64,000 nt of DNA, taken from assembly GCA_004557245.1 (NCBI GenBank), contig SFEL01000002.1, positions 92,102 to 156,101 of the forward strand, read 5' to 3'. The DNA comes from Clostridiales bacterium (lineage in GTDB: Bacteria; Bacillota; Clostridia; Christensenellales; CAG-138). The notes under the pieces are model-generated. The model was not told the origin of the DNA and searched no databases. It saw only the letters and a list, made by a program, of their open reading frames with translations. The position numbers were made by a program, and so were the translations under genes. Numbering within the stretch: the stretch's first letter is position 1; every line of letters starts with the position of its first letter. Positions 55,425 to 64,000 of this stretch are shown in pieces.

Positions 55425-56162
55425 CTACCTGCCAAGGGCCCTCAGGGCAACGTCAGGGCAGTTCGTTATGACGGCATTGGCGCCCTTTGCGGCCAGCGCC
55501 ATTACGTCCTTTGCTTCGTTTACTGTCCATGGATTCACCGCTACGCCGTTTTTCACGCACCCTTCCATAAGGCTGGGGCAGAGCAACGCCGCCCTGTAAT
55601 TTGGGTGTATGGCGTTGGCGTTGAGATACTTTGCATATACCCACGGGTCTACCATGGCGTTGGCGTACAGCAGTCCTATCTCGGCATCGGGATCAAGCTC
55701 GCGCACCTTTTGCAGCACGTAATGGTTGAAGGAGGAGTATATTATCCTTCCCTGCATGCCCATCTCCCTTTCCAGGCTTATTACCTTATCCCAAATGCCC
55801 GGATATATGACCACATCGCACTTTATCTCCACGTTTACGGTCATTCGGCTGTCCTTTATCAGTCCGTATACCTCCCTGAGGGTAGGTATCCTCACGTCCT
55901 TATAGCCCGGCATTCCATTGGAGAAATCCAGTTTTTTAAGCTGCTGGCATGTCATATCCACAACGCGTCCTGTGCCGTTTGATGTGCGGTCGATCCTCTC
56001 GTCGTGTATCACCATCAGCTTGCCGTCGCTGCTCTCGTGAACATCCAGCTCCAGCCCGTCCGCGCCCATCTCCATGGCCATTTGGAAGGCGGGAATGGTG
56101 TTCTCCGGCGCATAAGCACTCGCGCCCCTGTGGGCCCATACTTTTGTCATATCAATACTCAT
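55425..56162 (-). CDS. glycerophosphodiester phosphodiesterase
   Basis: AHRGASAYAPENT, LELDVHESSDGKLMVIHD. Confidence 0.85.
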   Translation of the reverse strand: MSIDMTKVWAHRGASAYAPENTIPAFQMAMEMGADGLELDVHESSDGKLMVIHDERIDRTSNGTGRVVDMTCQQLKKLDFSNGMPGYKDVRIPTLREVYGLIKDSRMTVNVEIKCDVVIYPGIWDKVISLEREMGMQGRIIYSSFNHYVLQKVRELDPDAEIGLLYANAMVDPWVYAKYLNANAIHPNYRAALLCPSLMEGCVKNGVAVNPWTVNEAKDVMALAAKGANAVITNCPDVALRALGR

Positions 56163-56288
56163 GCGGAAGTAAATACCTCCTTTTCATGCCTGTATTTATT
56201 ATAGATAGTATATTATAACATAACTGCTTTTGTTTTACAAAAAACATAATGTGAATAAATATGGTCAGTACGGCGCATTATACACCGT

Positions 56289-56648
56289 ATGACAGACTTT
56301 TTGCTTTGCTTCCTGCTGGGCGGCGCCGCGTATGTGCTGATAGAGCTTTTATGGCGCGGCCGCAGCCACTTTTCCATGTTCATAGCCGGCGGCTTTGCCT
56401 TCGCCCTGCTCCATGCCCTGTTCCAACGGTATGCCCTGCCGCTGCCGGTAAAGTGCATAGCCGGCGCATTGGTGATAACCGCAATAGAATTCATCGCGGG
56501 GTACATAGTAAACCTGCGCATGGGGCTAAACGTATGGGACTATTCAGGCAGGCCGTACAATCTTTACGGACAGATATGCCCCGGCTTCGCGCTGCTCTGG
56601 GCTCTGCTTTCGCTGCCCATAGCGCTGCTGTGCGATCATATAAAATAG
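56289..56648 (+). CDS. small 4-TM protein, CmpB/DUF1113-like (putative ABC-transporter type IV family)
   Basis: FLLGGAAYVLIELLWRG..VWDYSG pattern as I remember it for PF06541. Confidence 0.55.
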   Translation: MTDFLLCFLLGGAAYVLIELLWRGRSHFSMFIAGGFAFALLHALFQRYALPLPVKCIAGALVITAIEFIAGYIVNLRMGLNVWDYSGRPYNLYGQICPGFALLWALLSLPIALLCDHIK

Positions 56649-56665
56649 GCGCCGTTTCCGGCGCC
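56648..56665. terminator. short GC hairpin between convergent genes, followed by (CTTTAT)x3
   Basis: GGCGCCG-TTTC-CGGCGCC. Confidence 0.5.
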
Positions 56666-56679
56666 CTTTATCTTTATCT

Positions 56680-58341
56680 TTATCTGTAATATGTGTTGCC
56701 GCCTATAAACTCCCGCAGTATGGATGTTGGCGGTATCTCGTCCTCTATGTCCGCGTCCAGTATGTAATTCAGGAATTTCACTATATCCCGGGCCATGGCA
56801 TAGTACTTGCTCTCGGGCGGCACCTCCTCAAGAAGGGGATAGACGTACTTCTTAAGCACGGACACCTCATAGAGTAGGGTAGTGTTGAACAGCGCGTCCG
56901 CATTCTCCTGATATGGGAATATCCACTTTTCCTCGCCGCGGCGCACGCTCGCCCACATGCCGAGGGTGTGCTCCATGGAGGCGTTGCGGGTCATATAATC
57001 CCGCACCAGACGGCGCAGTATGCGTATATCCGTAGTGCGTATCCTGTTGTGATCGTCCAGGTTGAGTGTAGTCAGGGCGCTTACGTATACCCTGAATATC
57101 TTGCTTTCGTCCACCTCGGGGCTTAGCAGCATGGGATTCAGTCCGTGTATGCCCTCGATTATCACCGGCTCATCGTCGTGGAGCTGCAATATCCTTCCCT
57201 CCGGGGCGCGCTTGCCGGTGGTAAAGTCAAACCTCGGCACCTCTACCTTCTCGCCTCGTATAAGCGCCGCAAGGTCGCTGCCGAAGCGTTGTATATCCAG
57301 AGTATTGATGTTTTCGAGGTCAATCTCGCCGTTTTCGTCCCGTTCTATCTTGTCCCGGTCGATGTAGTAATCGTCCAGCGACAGCATAACCGGATGGCAG
57401 CCCTGCAAACGCAGCTGTGTGGATATCCTGTGGGCAGAGGTAGTCTTTCCTGAGGAGGAAGGGCCCGCCACAAGCACCGCTTTTGCGCCCTTTTGCACTA
57501 TCTTATCCGCTATATCCGCATAGCCCCTGTCGTGCAGCGCCTCGTTTATGCGCACCAGCTCCCGTATGGTGCCGTTCTGTATGTGGGTATTCAGGTCGTT
57601 CACCGTGGCGCATTCCATGAGCTTGCCCCACTCGTCGCTCTGATGGAACACCGCGTGAAGCTTTGGCAGGTTTACGTAGTCCGAGGGCACGTCCGGAGCG
57701 TCGTTGCGTGGCATGAGCAGCACCACTGCTCCGTCATGGACGTACTTTACCCGGAATACGTCGGCATATGACGTATCCGGCGCCATCTCACCGTAGAAGT
57801 AATCCATATAGCCGTCTATCTGGTAAACGTCAAAGTAGCTGAACCTGCGCCACTTGAGCAGCTTCGCCTTGTCTACCTGTCCGTCCTGTTCGTAGAAGCT
57901 CAGCGCCTCTTTTATGGATATGCGCCTGCGCTCCAGCGGCAGCTTGAGCCGCACCAGACGCCGCATCTCGGTTTCCACCTTGAGAGCCGCTTCCTCGTTG
58001 AATGGCTCCTCCATGCCGTCCACGGTTATAAACAGCCCTGGGCCGAGCGAGTACCTTACGCATACCCTCGCCCTTGGAAATTCCTTGCGCATGGCCAGAA
58101 TAAACAGAAACTGCAATGTGCGCTCGTAAACCCGCCTGCCCATATCCTCGCCATAGCGGAGAAGATGTATCTGGGTATCCTTTTTGGGCGTGAAACGCAG
58201 ATTGAATACCTCGCCGCCTATCTGAGCCGCCAGCGGCCTGTCGGACAGCATTATGCTGTCAAGACCTTCCTTTTTTACCGCATCCAATATGGAGCGGCCG
58301 CTTTCCAGTTCGCAGTTCCTTCCGTCTATGTCCAACCTCAC
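56680..58341 (-). CDS. uridine kinase/PRK-family nucleoside kinase with N-terminal TGS/ThrRS-like extension
   Basis: P-loop VAGPSSSGKTT and a PRK-family core (LSLDDYY, IIEGIHGLN). The N-terminal ~230 aa begin with a TGS-like beta-grasp. Confidence 0.65.
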   Translation of the reverse strand: MRLDIDGRNCELESGRSILDAVKKEGLDSIMLSDRPLAAQIGGEVFNLRFTPKKDTQIHLLRYGEDMGRRVYERTLQFLFILAMRKEFPRARVCVRYSLGPGLFITVDGMEEPFNEEAALKVETEMRRLVRLKLPLERRRISIKEALSFYEQDGQVDKAKLLKWRRFSYFDVYQIDGYMDYFYGEMAPDTSYADVFRVKYVHDGAVVLLMPRNDAPDVPSDYVNLPKLHAVFHQSDEWGKLMECATVNDLNTHIQNGTIRELVRINEALHDRGYADIADKIVQKGAKAVLVAGPSSSGKTTSAHRISTQLRLQGCHPVMLSLDDYYIDRDKIERDENGEIDLENINTLDIQRFGSDLAALIRGEKVEVPRFDFTTGKRAPEGRILQLHDDEPVIIEGIHGLNPMLLSPEVDESKIFRVYVSALTTLNLDDHNRIRTTDIRILRRLVRDYMTRNASMEHTLGMWASVRRGEEKWIFPYQENADALFNTTLLYEVSVLKKYVYPLLEEVPPESKYYAMARDIVKFLNYILDADIEDEIPPTSILREFIGGNTYYR

Positions 58342-58573
58342 GACTATTCCTCCCGGTACTGTTTCAAAATAATTTCGTATATCATACCAATGTGTAAAAT
58401 TCCATATTGACGTTATTATACTATATCCTTATCCAATTGAACATGTGCTCAATGAAAACTTTTTGTTTAATCAGCATTTTCTCACGCACTGAGCCGTAAA
58501 TCTGATATAATAAGTAAATGTATGTGCCGGTTTCGCTTATCCGCTGCGGCCGGCAAGCAAAAACTGACGGAGA

Positions 58574-60187
58574 ATGCAAGCTTATTTTATGGAAAAGAAA
58601 AAGACCTCATTCGTACAGGGCGCGGCTGTACTTGGCGTAGCCGGACTGCTGGTAAAGATAATAGGTGCGGTATTCCGCATACCCCTCAATAACGCCGTAG
58701 GCCCCATAGGCATGAGCTACTATGAGGTAGTCTATCCCTATTACTCCGGTCTTCTCGTGATATCCTCCTCCGGCCTTCCCACCGCCATATCTAAGATGGT
58801 ATCCGAGCGCGTGACCGCAGGCGACTATCGGGGCGCACACAAGGTGTTCGTCACCGCAATGCGGCTTCTGGTATGCCTCGGCCTCTTCACCGGCCTCCTG
58901 ATGTTCTTCGGCTCGGAAGGTCTTTCCGCCCTCTCCTCACAGCCCGAAGCTCACCTTTCCTTTAAGGTGCTTTCCCCCGCCCTGCTGGTGGTTTCCATAA
59001 TGTGCGCATACCGCGGCTATCTGCAGGGCATGCAGCGCATGACGGGCACAGCCCTTTCCCAGATAGTGGAACAGGTAGGCAAGCTGGCCATAGGCCTTAC
59101 CTTAGCCATAAAGCTGCTGCCCAAAGGACCCGAGTACGCCGCCATGGGCGCGCTGATAGGTGTTACCGCATCGGAATTTCTGGCCCTGCTTACCATCATA
59201 TTCGTATATAACCGCTACCGTCCTTCCATAAGGCGGCATATGGAACAGAGCGCGCCCTACGCTCCATCCCCCATAGCTAAAAACCTCATACTGCTGGCCG
59301 TGCCCATAACCCTGGGCGCTTCCATAAGCTCCCTTTCCGGCATGGTGGACAGCGCCATGATAATCCGCATACTGCTGAACCTGGGCTACTCCAAGGATAC
59401 CGCCCAGACCGCCTACTCCCTTCTGCGCTCCAACGTGACTACACTTACCAACATGCCCGGCGTGCTGACCATGGCTCTGGCCATGAGCCTCGTGCCTGCC
59501 ATATCCGCAAGCGTTGCCCGCAGGGATAAATCAAGCGTGCAGAATATATCCCGCCTCGGCATGAAGCTGGCCCTCATAATCGGCCTGCCCTGCTCCGTAG
59601 GTCTTTTCGTGCTGGCTAAGCCCATACTGGGCATGCTGTACCCCCGCCTTACCGAGGCACAGCTCACCCTCGCCGCCGACCTTATGCATACCGCCTCCAT
59701 AGGAGTTATATTCCTCTCCCTGGTTCAGGCTATGACCGGCATAATACAGGGATTGGGCAAGCCCAACGTACCGCTGTTCAACCTGTTCATAGGCTTTATA
59801 CTCAAGGTGATAACGCTGGTAGCGCTCACCAACATACCCTCTATCAATATACAGGGTGCGTCCATATCTACCGTGATATGCTACGCCTTCGCCGGCATCG
59901 CTGATACGGCCTACGCCGTGCGCAAGGCGCATATCAATATGAATTTATGGGACGTTATACTAAAGCCGGTTCTCTCCTCCGCAGTGATGGGCGCAATGGT
60001 GTACATGTGCTTCGCTTTTATGAATGAGCTTGGCCACGTCACCCTCGGAGTTCTATTATCCGTGACTCTGGGCGTATGCGTATACGGCATCCTTGCAATA
60101 TACCTCCGCATGTTCAGCCGCGAAGAACTCAACTACATACCCGGCGGCAGGAAGCTCAAAAGGCTTATTTACGGCAGCAAACAGTAA
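58574..60187 (+). CDS. MOP/MurJ-superfamily flippase, SpoVB/YabM-like
   Basis: 537 aa, 14 TM-like segments, upstream of a yabN/mazG-like gene as in Bacillus yabM-yabN. The start could be ATG 58589. Confidence 0.7.
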   Translation: MQAYFMEKKKTSFVQGAAVLGVAGLLVKIIGAVFRIPLNNAVGPIGMSYYEVVYPYYSGLLVISSSGLPTAISKMVSERVTAGDYRGAHKVFVTAMRLLVCLGLFTGLLMFFGSEGLSALSSQPEAHLSFKVLSPALLVVSIMCAYRGYLQGMQRMTGTALSQIVEQVGKLAIGLTLAIKLLPKGPEYAAMGALIGVTASEFLALLTIIFVYNRYRPSIRRHMEQSAPYAPSPIAKNLILLAVPITLGASISSLSGMVDSAMIIRILLNLGYSKDTAQTAYSLLRSNVTTLTNMPGVLTMALAMSLVPAISASVARRDKSSVQNISRLGMKLALIIGLPCSVGLFVLAKPILGMLYPRLTEAQLTLAADLMHTASIGVIFLSLVQAMTGIIQGLGKPNVPLFNLFIGFILKVITLVALTNIPSINIQGASISTVICYAFAGIADTAYAVRKAHINMNLWDVILKPVLSSAVMGAMVYMCFAFMNELGHVTLGVLLSVTLGVCVYGILAIYLRMFSREELNYIPGGRKLKRLIYGSKQ

Positions 60188-60202
60188 GCGAGGCGAAATT
60201 AT

Positions 60203-61645
60203 ATGACTAAACTCACCATAGCACCCCTTTCCATACCCGGAAGCATCACCACCGCTTCCCAATCGGCAATAGAGCATGCCGGCAGGCTGTTCCTTCAGAC
60301 TGCGGATTCACCCTGCGCCAGATGGATAACAGATGCGGGGCTGCCATATGTCTCAATGGACGACCTGTACGACAGCAGCTACGATTACGACGAGCTGAAC
60401 CAGGCGATAGCGGCACGGCTAATGTGCGGCTGCGACGCTGTTTATGCCGTGTCCGGCCGCGGCATAGGCGAAGGCCAGCTTTCCGCCATTCGGGAAGCCG
60501 CAGCCAAAGCCGGCACCACCGTAAAGGTGCTTCCCGGCATAGGCTACTCTGACGCTGTGCTGGCCGATCTTCCCTTTACCTTATCCGACAGGCGCGTGAT
60601 ATGCGCCGCCAACGATCTTCCCGATACCATAGACCCCTTCCTGCCCCTCTGTGTAGAGGAGATGGATACCCGGCTCTGCGCAGGCGACGTAAAGCTGGCG
60701 CTGCTCGATTATTACCCCGATGAGCACACCGTGTACTTCTGCGATATGAGGGCTGATGGCGAATACCGCACAAAAGAGATTCCCCTGTTTGAGCTGGACA
60801 GGCAGAATAGCTATTCCGCCGCCACCTGCTGCATAGTGCCTCCCGCCGTGTCTCAGGACAAGCTTAATCGCGGCGATATGAACGGCCTCATGGCGGTGCT
60901 GCGCCGGCTTCGCGCCCCAGGCGGCTGTCCCTGGGACGCAAAGCAGACCCACGAATCTCTGCGCTCCAGCCTTATAGAAGAAGCCTATGAGGTAGTAGAC
61001 GCCATAGACAGCGGCGACCCCTTCGCTCTCTGCGAGGAGCTGGGTGACTTGCTGCTTCATGTTGGAATGCATACTGTCATAGAGGAGGAGAAGTCTTCCT
61101 TCATCCTCAGGGATGTAACCTCCGGCATAATCAATAAGATGATATACCGCCATCCCCACGTATTCGGCACAGCAGAGGCTGACACGCCGGAACAGGTACT
61201 CAGTAACTGGGAAAAGCTCAAGAAGAAAGAAAAGCACATGGAAAGCTACTCCGCCACCATGGAGGCTGTTCCCAAGGGCTTCCCCGCCCTCATGCGGGCT
61301 GCCAAAATACAGAAAAAGGCTGCCAATGTGGGCTTTGACTGGGACAACGCCGATCAGGCGCTGTACAAGCTGCCAGAGGAAGTCAGCGAACTTACCAAGG
61401 CCATGGCGGAGGGGAACCACGCCCATATCGATGAGGAGCTGGGCGACGTATTTTTCGCCGCAGTGAACGTGGCGAGGCTTCTCAAGCGTGACCCGGAGCA
61501 GCTCCTTAATGCCGCCACTGACAAGTTTATAACCCGCTTCAAGGTCATGGAGGAGTTAATAACCGCCGATTCCCTATCCCTCGAAGATATGACCCTCGAG
61601 AAAATGGACAGGTACTGGGATAAAGCCAAGAAAAAGTTAAAATAA
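60203..61645 (+). CDS. mazG: MazG nucleotide pyrophosphohydrolase fused to N-terminal tetrapyrrole-methylase-like domain (YabN-type)
   Basis: Two MazG repeats (LIEEAYEVVDAI..ELGDLLLHV; LPEEVSELTKAM..ELGDVFFAAVNVAR). Confidence 0.85.
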   Translation: MTKLTIAPLSIPGSITTASQSAIEHAGRLFLQTADSPCARWITDAGLPYVSMDDLYDSSYDYDELNQAIAARLMCGCDAVYAVSGRGIGEGQLSAIREAAAKAGTTVKVLPGIGYSDAVLADLPFTLSDRRVICAANDLPDTIDPFLPLCVEEMDTRLCAGDVKLALLDYYPDEHTVYFCDMRADGEYRTKEIPLFELDRQNSYSAATCCIVPPAVSQDKLNRGDMNGLMAVLRRLRAPGGCPWDAKQTHESLRSSLIEEAYEVVDAIDSGDPFALCEELGDLLLHVGMHTVIEEEKSSFILRDVTSGIINKMIYRHPHVFGTAEADTPEQVLSNWEKLKKKEKHMESYSATMEAVPKGFPALMRAAKIQKKAANVGFDWDNADQALYKLPEEVSELTKAMAEGNHAHIDEELGDVFFAAVNVARLLKRDPEQLLNAATDKFITRFKVMEELITADSLSLEDMTLEKMDRYWDKAKKKLK

Positions 61646-61679
61646 ATTAGAAAATCAGGCGGTTTTTTGATTTTTCATC

Positions 61680-61708
61680 TTGCGTTTGCGGGACAAGCTT
61701 AGTATAAT
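61680..61708 (+). promoter_or_regulatory. sigmaA promoter of hup (-35 TTGCGT, 17 nt, -10 TATAAT)
   Basis: Read directly, about 60 nt upstream of ATG 61770. Confidence 0.5.
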
Positions 61709-61769
61709 TGTAAAAGTCCGCGTTATGCGGCATACTAAAGCCCAACAATAATTAGGAGGATATAATTAA

Positions 61770-62042
61770 ATGAATAAGACTGAACTCATCGCTGCAGTAG
61801 CCAGCAAGTGCTCCATCTCCAAGAAGGAGGCCGAGGCTGTAGTCCTCGCTACCTTCGACAGCATTACCAACGCCCTCGTAAGCGGCGAGAAGGTACAGAT
61901 CGTTGGTTTTGGCGGCTTTGAAGTACGCGAGCGTCCCGCTCACAAGGGCCACAACCCCATGACCGGCGAAGAAATTGAAATCGCTGCCAGCAAGTCCCCC
62001 GCTTTCAAGGCCGGCAAGGCTCTCAAGGAAGCTCTCAACTAA
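61770..62042 (+). CDS. hup: DNA-binding protein HU
   Basis: [37 protein letters not shown]. Confidence 0.95.
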   Translation: MNKTELIAAVASKCSISKKEAEAVVLATFDSITNALVSGEKVQIVGFGGFEVRERPAHKGHNPMTGEEIEIAASKSPAFKAGKALKEALN

Positions 62043-62061
62043 ACCTTATCCTTATTAACAT

Positions 62062-62093
62062 AAAAAAGCAGGCTGTAAAAAGCCTGTTTTTTA
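62062..62093. terminator. bidirectional terminator
   Basis: AAAAAAGCAGGCT-GTAAAA-AGCCTGTTTTTT between convergent hup and ispDF. Confidence 0.75.
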
Positions 62094-62108
62094 TTATTCC
62101 GATTTGCG

Positions 62109-63212
62109 CTAACCCCTTATCATGCATACGCTTCTCGCAGTTATGCACTCCAGGTTTCCCTCCGGGCCGATATGCTCTGGGGTAGTGGCCTTTGCGCTCA
62201 CAATGCCCGCATCGCACCCCATGGCATCGGCTATATTGCGGCGCATATTATTTATATACGGCGCAAGCTTTGGCTCCTGGGCTATCACCGTGGCATCCAC
62301 GGAGCATATCTCATAGCCGGCCCCGCGTACCATCTGCCATGCCCTTTTAAGCAGTATGAGTGAGTCCATATCCTTATATTCAGGGGAGGAGTCCGGAAAC
62401 AGCCTGCCTATATCACCCATGGCAGCAGCGCCCAGCAGCGCATCTATTACGGCGTGTATCAGCACATCCGCATCGGAGTGGCCCATAAGGCCCAGCCTGT
62501 ACGGTATCTCCACACCGCCTATAACCAGCCTTCTGCCCTCAACCAGCCTGTGGGTATCCTCGCCGTAGCCTATCCTCTCTCTCGCCGTAAGCTTTTGGAA
62601 CAACTCAATATCCTCCTCAGTGGTAAGCTTCTGGTTTATCACACCACCCAGTGAGTAATGCACGCTGCCATACAATCTTTTATACAGGGCGCAATCGTCC
62701 GTGGCCTGCACGCCATCGTCCTTTGCCTGCCGGTACGCCTTCATTATCCGATCATACTTAAAGGACTGGGGCGTCTGGGCCAGCATTACGCCGTTTCTGT
62801 CTACCAGCTCGCCCTCCCGCCACATGGTATCCCGGGCGGGTATGGCTGCAACGCCGCTGCCGAACTTGGCGGCGCACCTTATGCTGTCCCGTATTATTTC
62901 TTCCGATACGAGGCAGCGCGCCCCGTCATGTATGAGTGCTATGTCGCAGTCGGCAGCCTTAAGGGCGTTATATACGGAATCTCCCCGTGTCTCGCCGCCA
63001 TTAACGGTCCTGAGACCGTACTGTGCGCAAAGCGCCTCCGCCTCCTGCCGCGTGGCGTCCGACACGGCTATTATGATATCCGTAACGCCCCCATTGAGCA
63101 GCGCCTCTGCGGAGCGGCGCAGCACAGTCCTGCCGCCCAGGCTTATGATAAGCTTATCCCTGCCCATGCGCCGGGAAGCTCCCGCCGCCAGCAGTATTCC
63201 AGTTACCTTCAT
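62109..63212 (-). CDS. ispDF: bifunctional 2-C-methyl-D-erythritol 4-phosphate cytidylyltransferase / MEcPP synthase (IspD-IspF fusion)
   Basis: The N-terminal ~210 aa are IspD-like (GILLAAGASRRMG, AIPARDT, AQTPQSF). The C-terminal ~155 aa are IspF (IGYGEDTHRL, GHSDADVLIHAVIDALLGA). Confidence 0.85.
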   Translation of the reverse strand: MKVTGILLAAGASRRMGRDKLIISLGGRTVLRRSAEALLNGGVTDIIIAVSDATRQEAEALCAQYGLRTVNGGETRGDSVYNALKAADCDIALIHDGARCLVSEEIIRDSIRCAAKFGSGVAAIPARDTMWREGELVDRNGVMLAQTPQSFKYDRIMKAYRQAKDDGVQATDDCALYKRLYGSVHYSLGGVINQKLTTEEDIELFQKLTARERIGYGEDTHRLVEGRRLVIGGVEIPYRLGLMGHSDADVLIHAVIDALLGAAAMGDIGRLFPDSSPEYKDMDSLILLKRAWQMVRGAGYEICSVDATVIAQEPKLAPYINNMRRNIADAMGCDAGIVSAKATTPEHIGPEGNLECITARSVCMIRG

Positions 63213-63466
63213 TCGAGATCTCCCCGGGTGATCATCTCATACATTTCGGCGGCAGCCGCCTTGGTTGTGAACTCCTGTACGCTGGTAACCTTCACCACGG
63301 TATGCTTGCCGCCCATGAGTATATCCAGCATATCGCCCTCCTTAACTTCGCTTGAGGGCTTCGCCACCTTGCCGTTTATCTGTATTCTGCCGAGGGACGC
63401 GGCCTCGCTGGCCACCGTCCTGCGTTTGATTATCCTTGAGACTTTAAGGTACTTATCCAGACGCAT
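63209..63466 (-). CDS. S4-domain RNA-binding protein (YabO/Hsp15-like)
   Basis: MRLDKYLKVSRIIKRRTVA S4 motif. The stop overlaps the ispDF start. Confidence 0.8.
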   Translation of the reverse strand: MRLDKYLKVSRIIKRRTVASEAASLGRIQINGKVAKPSSEVKEGDMLDILMGGKHTVVKVTSVQEFTTKAAAAEMYEMITRGDLE

Positions 63467-63523
63467 ATACGTCCTCCAAAATTCATTTTTCTAAAGCTTA
63501 CCACATATGTGGCAAAAAAACAA

Positions 63524-63544
63524 ACCGGGCGGTTCACGCCCGGT
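63524..63544 (-). terminator. rho-independent terminator
   Basis: ACCGGGCG-GTTCA-CGCCCGGT, with TTTGTTTTTTT on the minus strand. Confidence 0.7.
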
Positions 63545-63557
63545 CTATGTTTACCTA

Positions 63558-64000
63558 TTAACCCACTGAAACGGGACTATAAGTGACGCTGCGCACCAGC
63601 TCTTCATTGAGGGATACGCTTTCGTCGTTCTTCCAGGTCTCTAACATCTGGTTCCATTCCTCTTCCTGAACGTCGGACAGCAGTATTTCCTTTATCTTGT
63701 CCTTTACGCTGTCCAGGCCTACTTCGCCTGCGGGCTCATCAGAGAGGTAATAAAGTATATGCACTCCCTCGTCGTCCTTTACGGCCTCGGTATACTCGCC
63801 CTGCTTTATCTTTGCAAAGGCGTCCTTTACTTCCTTTGACCAGTCATAGCTGCCGGAATGCTTTACGCTTATGAGCAGGCCATTTTCGTTTCCCTCGGTA
63901 TCAGGGGAATATTCCTTAGCAACCTTTGAGAATTCCTCGCCGGCCTGAAGCTTCGCATAGGCTTCCTTCGCCTTTTCTACAGAGGGAGCAAGGTATTCGT
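63558..64000 (-). CDS. parvulin-type peptidyl-prolyl isomerase (PrsA/SurA-like), C-terminal part; gene runs off the right edge
   Basis: Own translation upstream of the track ORF: ..AKEAYAKLQAGEEFSKVAKEYSPDTEGNENGLLISV..AFAKIKQGEYTEAVKDDEGVHILYY, a PpiC rotamase pattern. Confidence 0.65.
   Translation of the reverse strand, partial: EYLAPSVEKAKEAYAKLQAGEEFSKVAKEYSPDTEGNENGLLISVKHSGSYDWSKEVKDAFAKIKQGEYTEAVKDDEGVHILYYLSDEPAGEVGLDSVKDKIKEILLSDVQEEEWNQMLETWKNDESVSLNEELVRSVTYSPVSVG

Noticed and set aside
54251-55471. 406-aa plus-strand ORF
   Set aside because: It is antisense to the VanW gene and has shadow-ORF composition.

Overview
This is a densely coding 64-kb chromosomal segment, roughly mid-50s % GC by eye, with about 59 CDS. 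It most likely comes from a spore-forming Firmicute of the Clostridia type. The content is mainly housekeeping plus sporulation and germination genes.

Housekeeping genes:
- Cell wall: ddl-murF, a class A PBP, and two PG-binding proteins.
- Central metabolism: pfkA, ppdK, an asparaginase, dapB and a fused ispDF.
- Nucleotide and DNA functions: nrdD, a family-4 UDG, recO, cdd, a mazG-like gene and hup.
- The conserved yqfC-yqfD-phoH-pgpH-ybeY-cdd-era-recO block.
- The c-di-AMP pair cdaA-cdaR.
- Two MATE exporters, an MFS transporter, and a MacB-type ABC cluster.
- Regulators of the MerR/TipAS, LysR, MarR and XRE families.

Sporulation and germination genes: a gerA-type tricistronic operon, spoIIID, yunB and a spoVB-like flippase, in addition to yqfC/yqfD.

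I saw no rRNA, tRNA, CRISPR array, transposase, integrase or phage genes. I cannot honestly point to a clear new multi-gene system.

The most noteworthy observations are:
1. selD is a selenoprotein gene. Its in-frame UGA (Sec) caused the ORF track to truncate it, and a SECIS-like hairpin follows the UGA.
2. A 250-bp intergenic array of seven consecutive hairpins is bounded by a perfect 25-nt repeat. It shares a 30-mer with a second hairpin-rich intergenic region 39 kb away.
3. An orphan promoter-plus-terminator unit between selD and a LysR gene looks like a C-rich, anti-Shine-Dalgarno-type small RNA.
4. Two sub-60-codon ORFs are missed by the track: a 2-TM D-subunit-like ORF after gerAC, and an inverted YqzL-like ORF between era and recO.
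5. Two genes have an identical extended -10 to ATG geometry and no SD, so they are leaderless candidates.
6. A MacB-type ABC cluster carries an embedded CARDB-like wall protein.

All functional calls rest on motif recognition by eye. No database search was possible.
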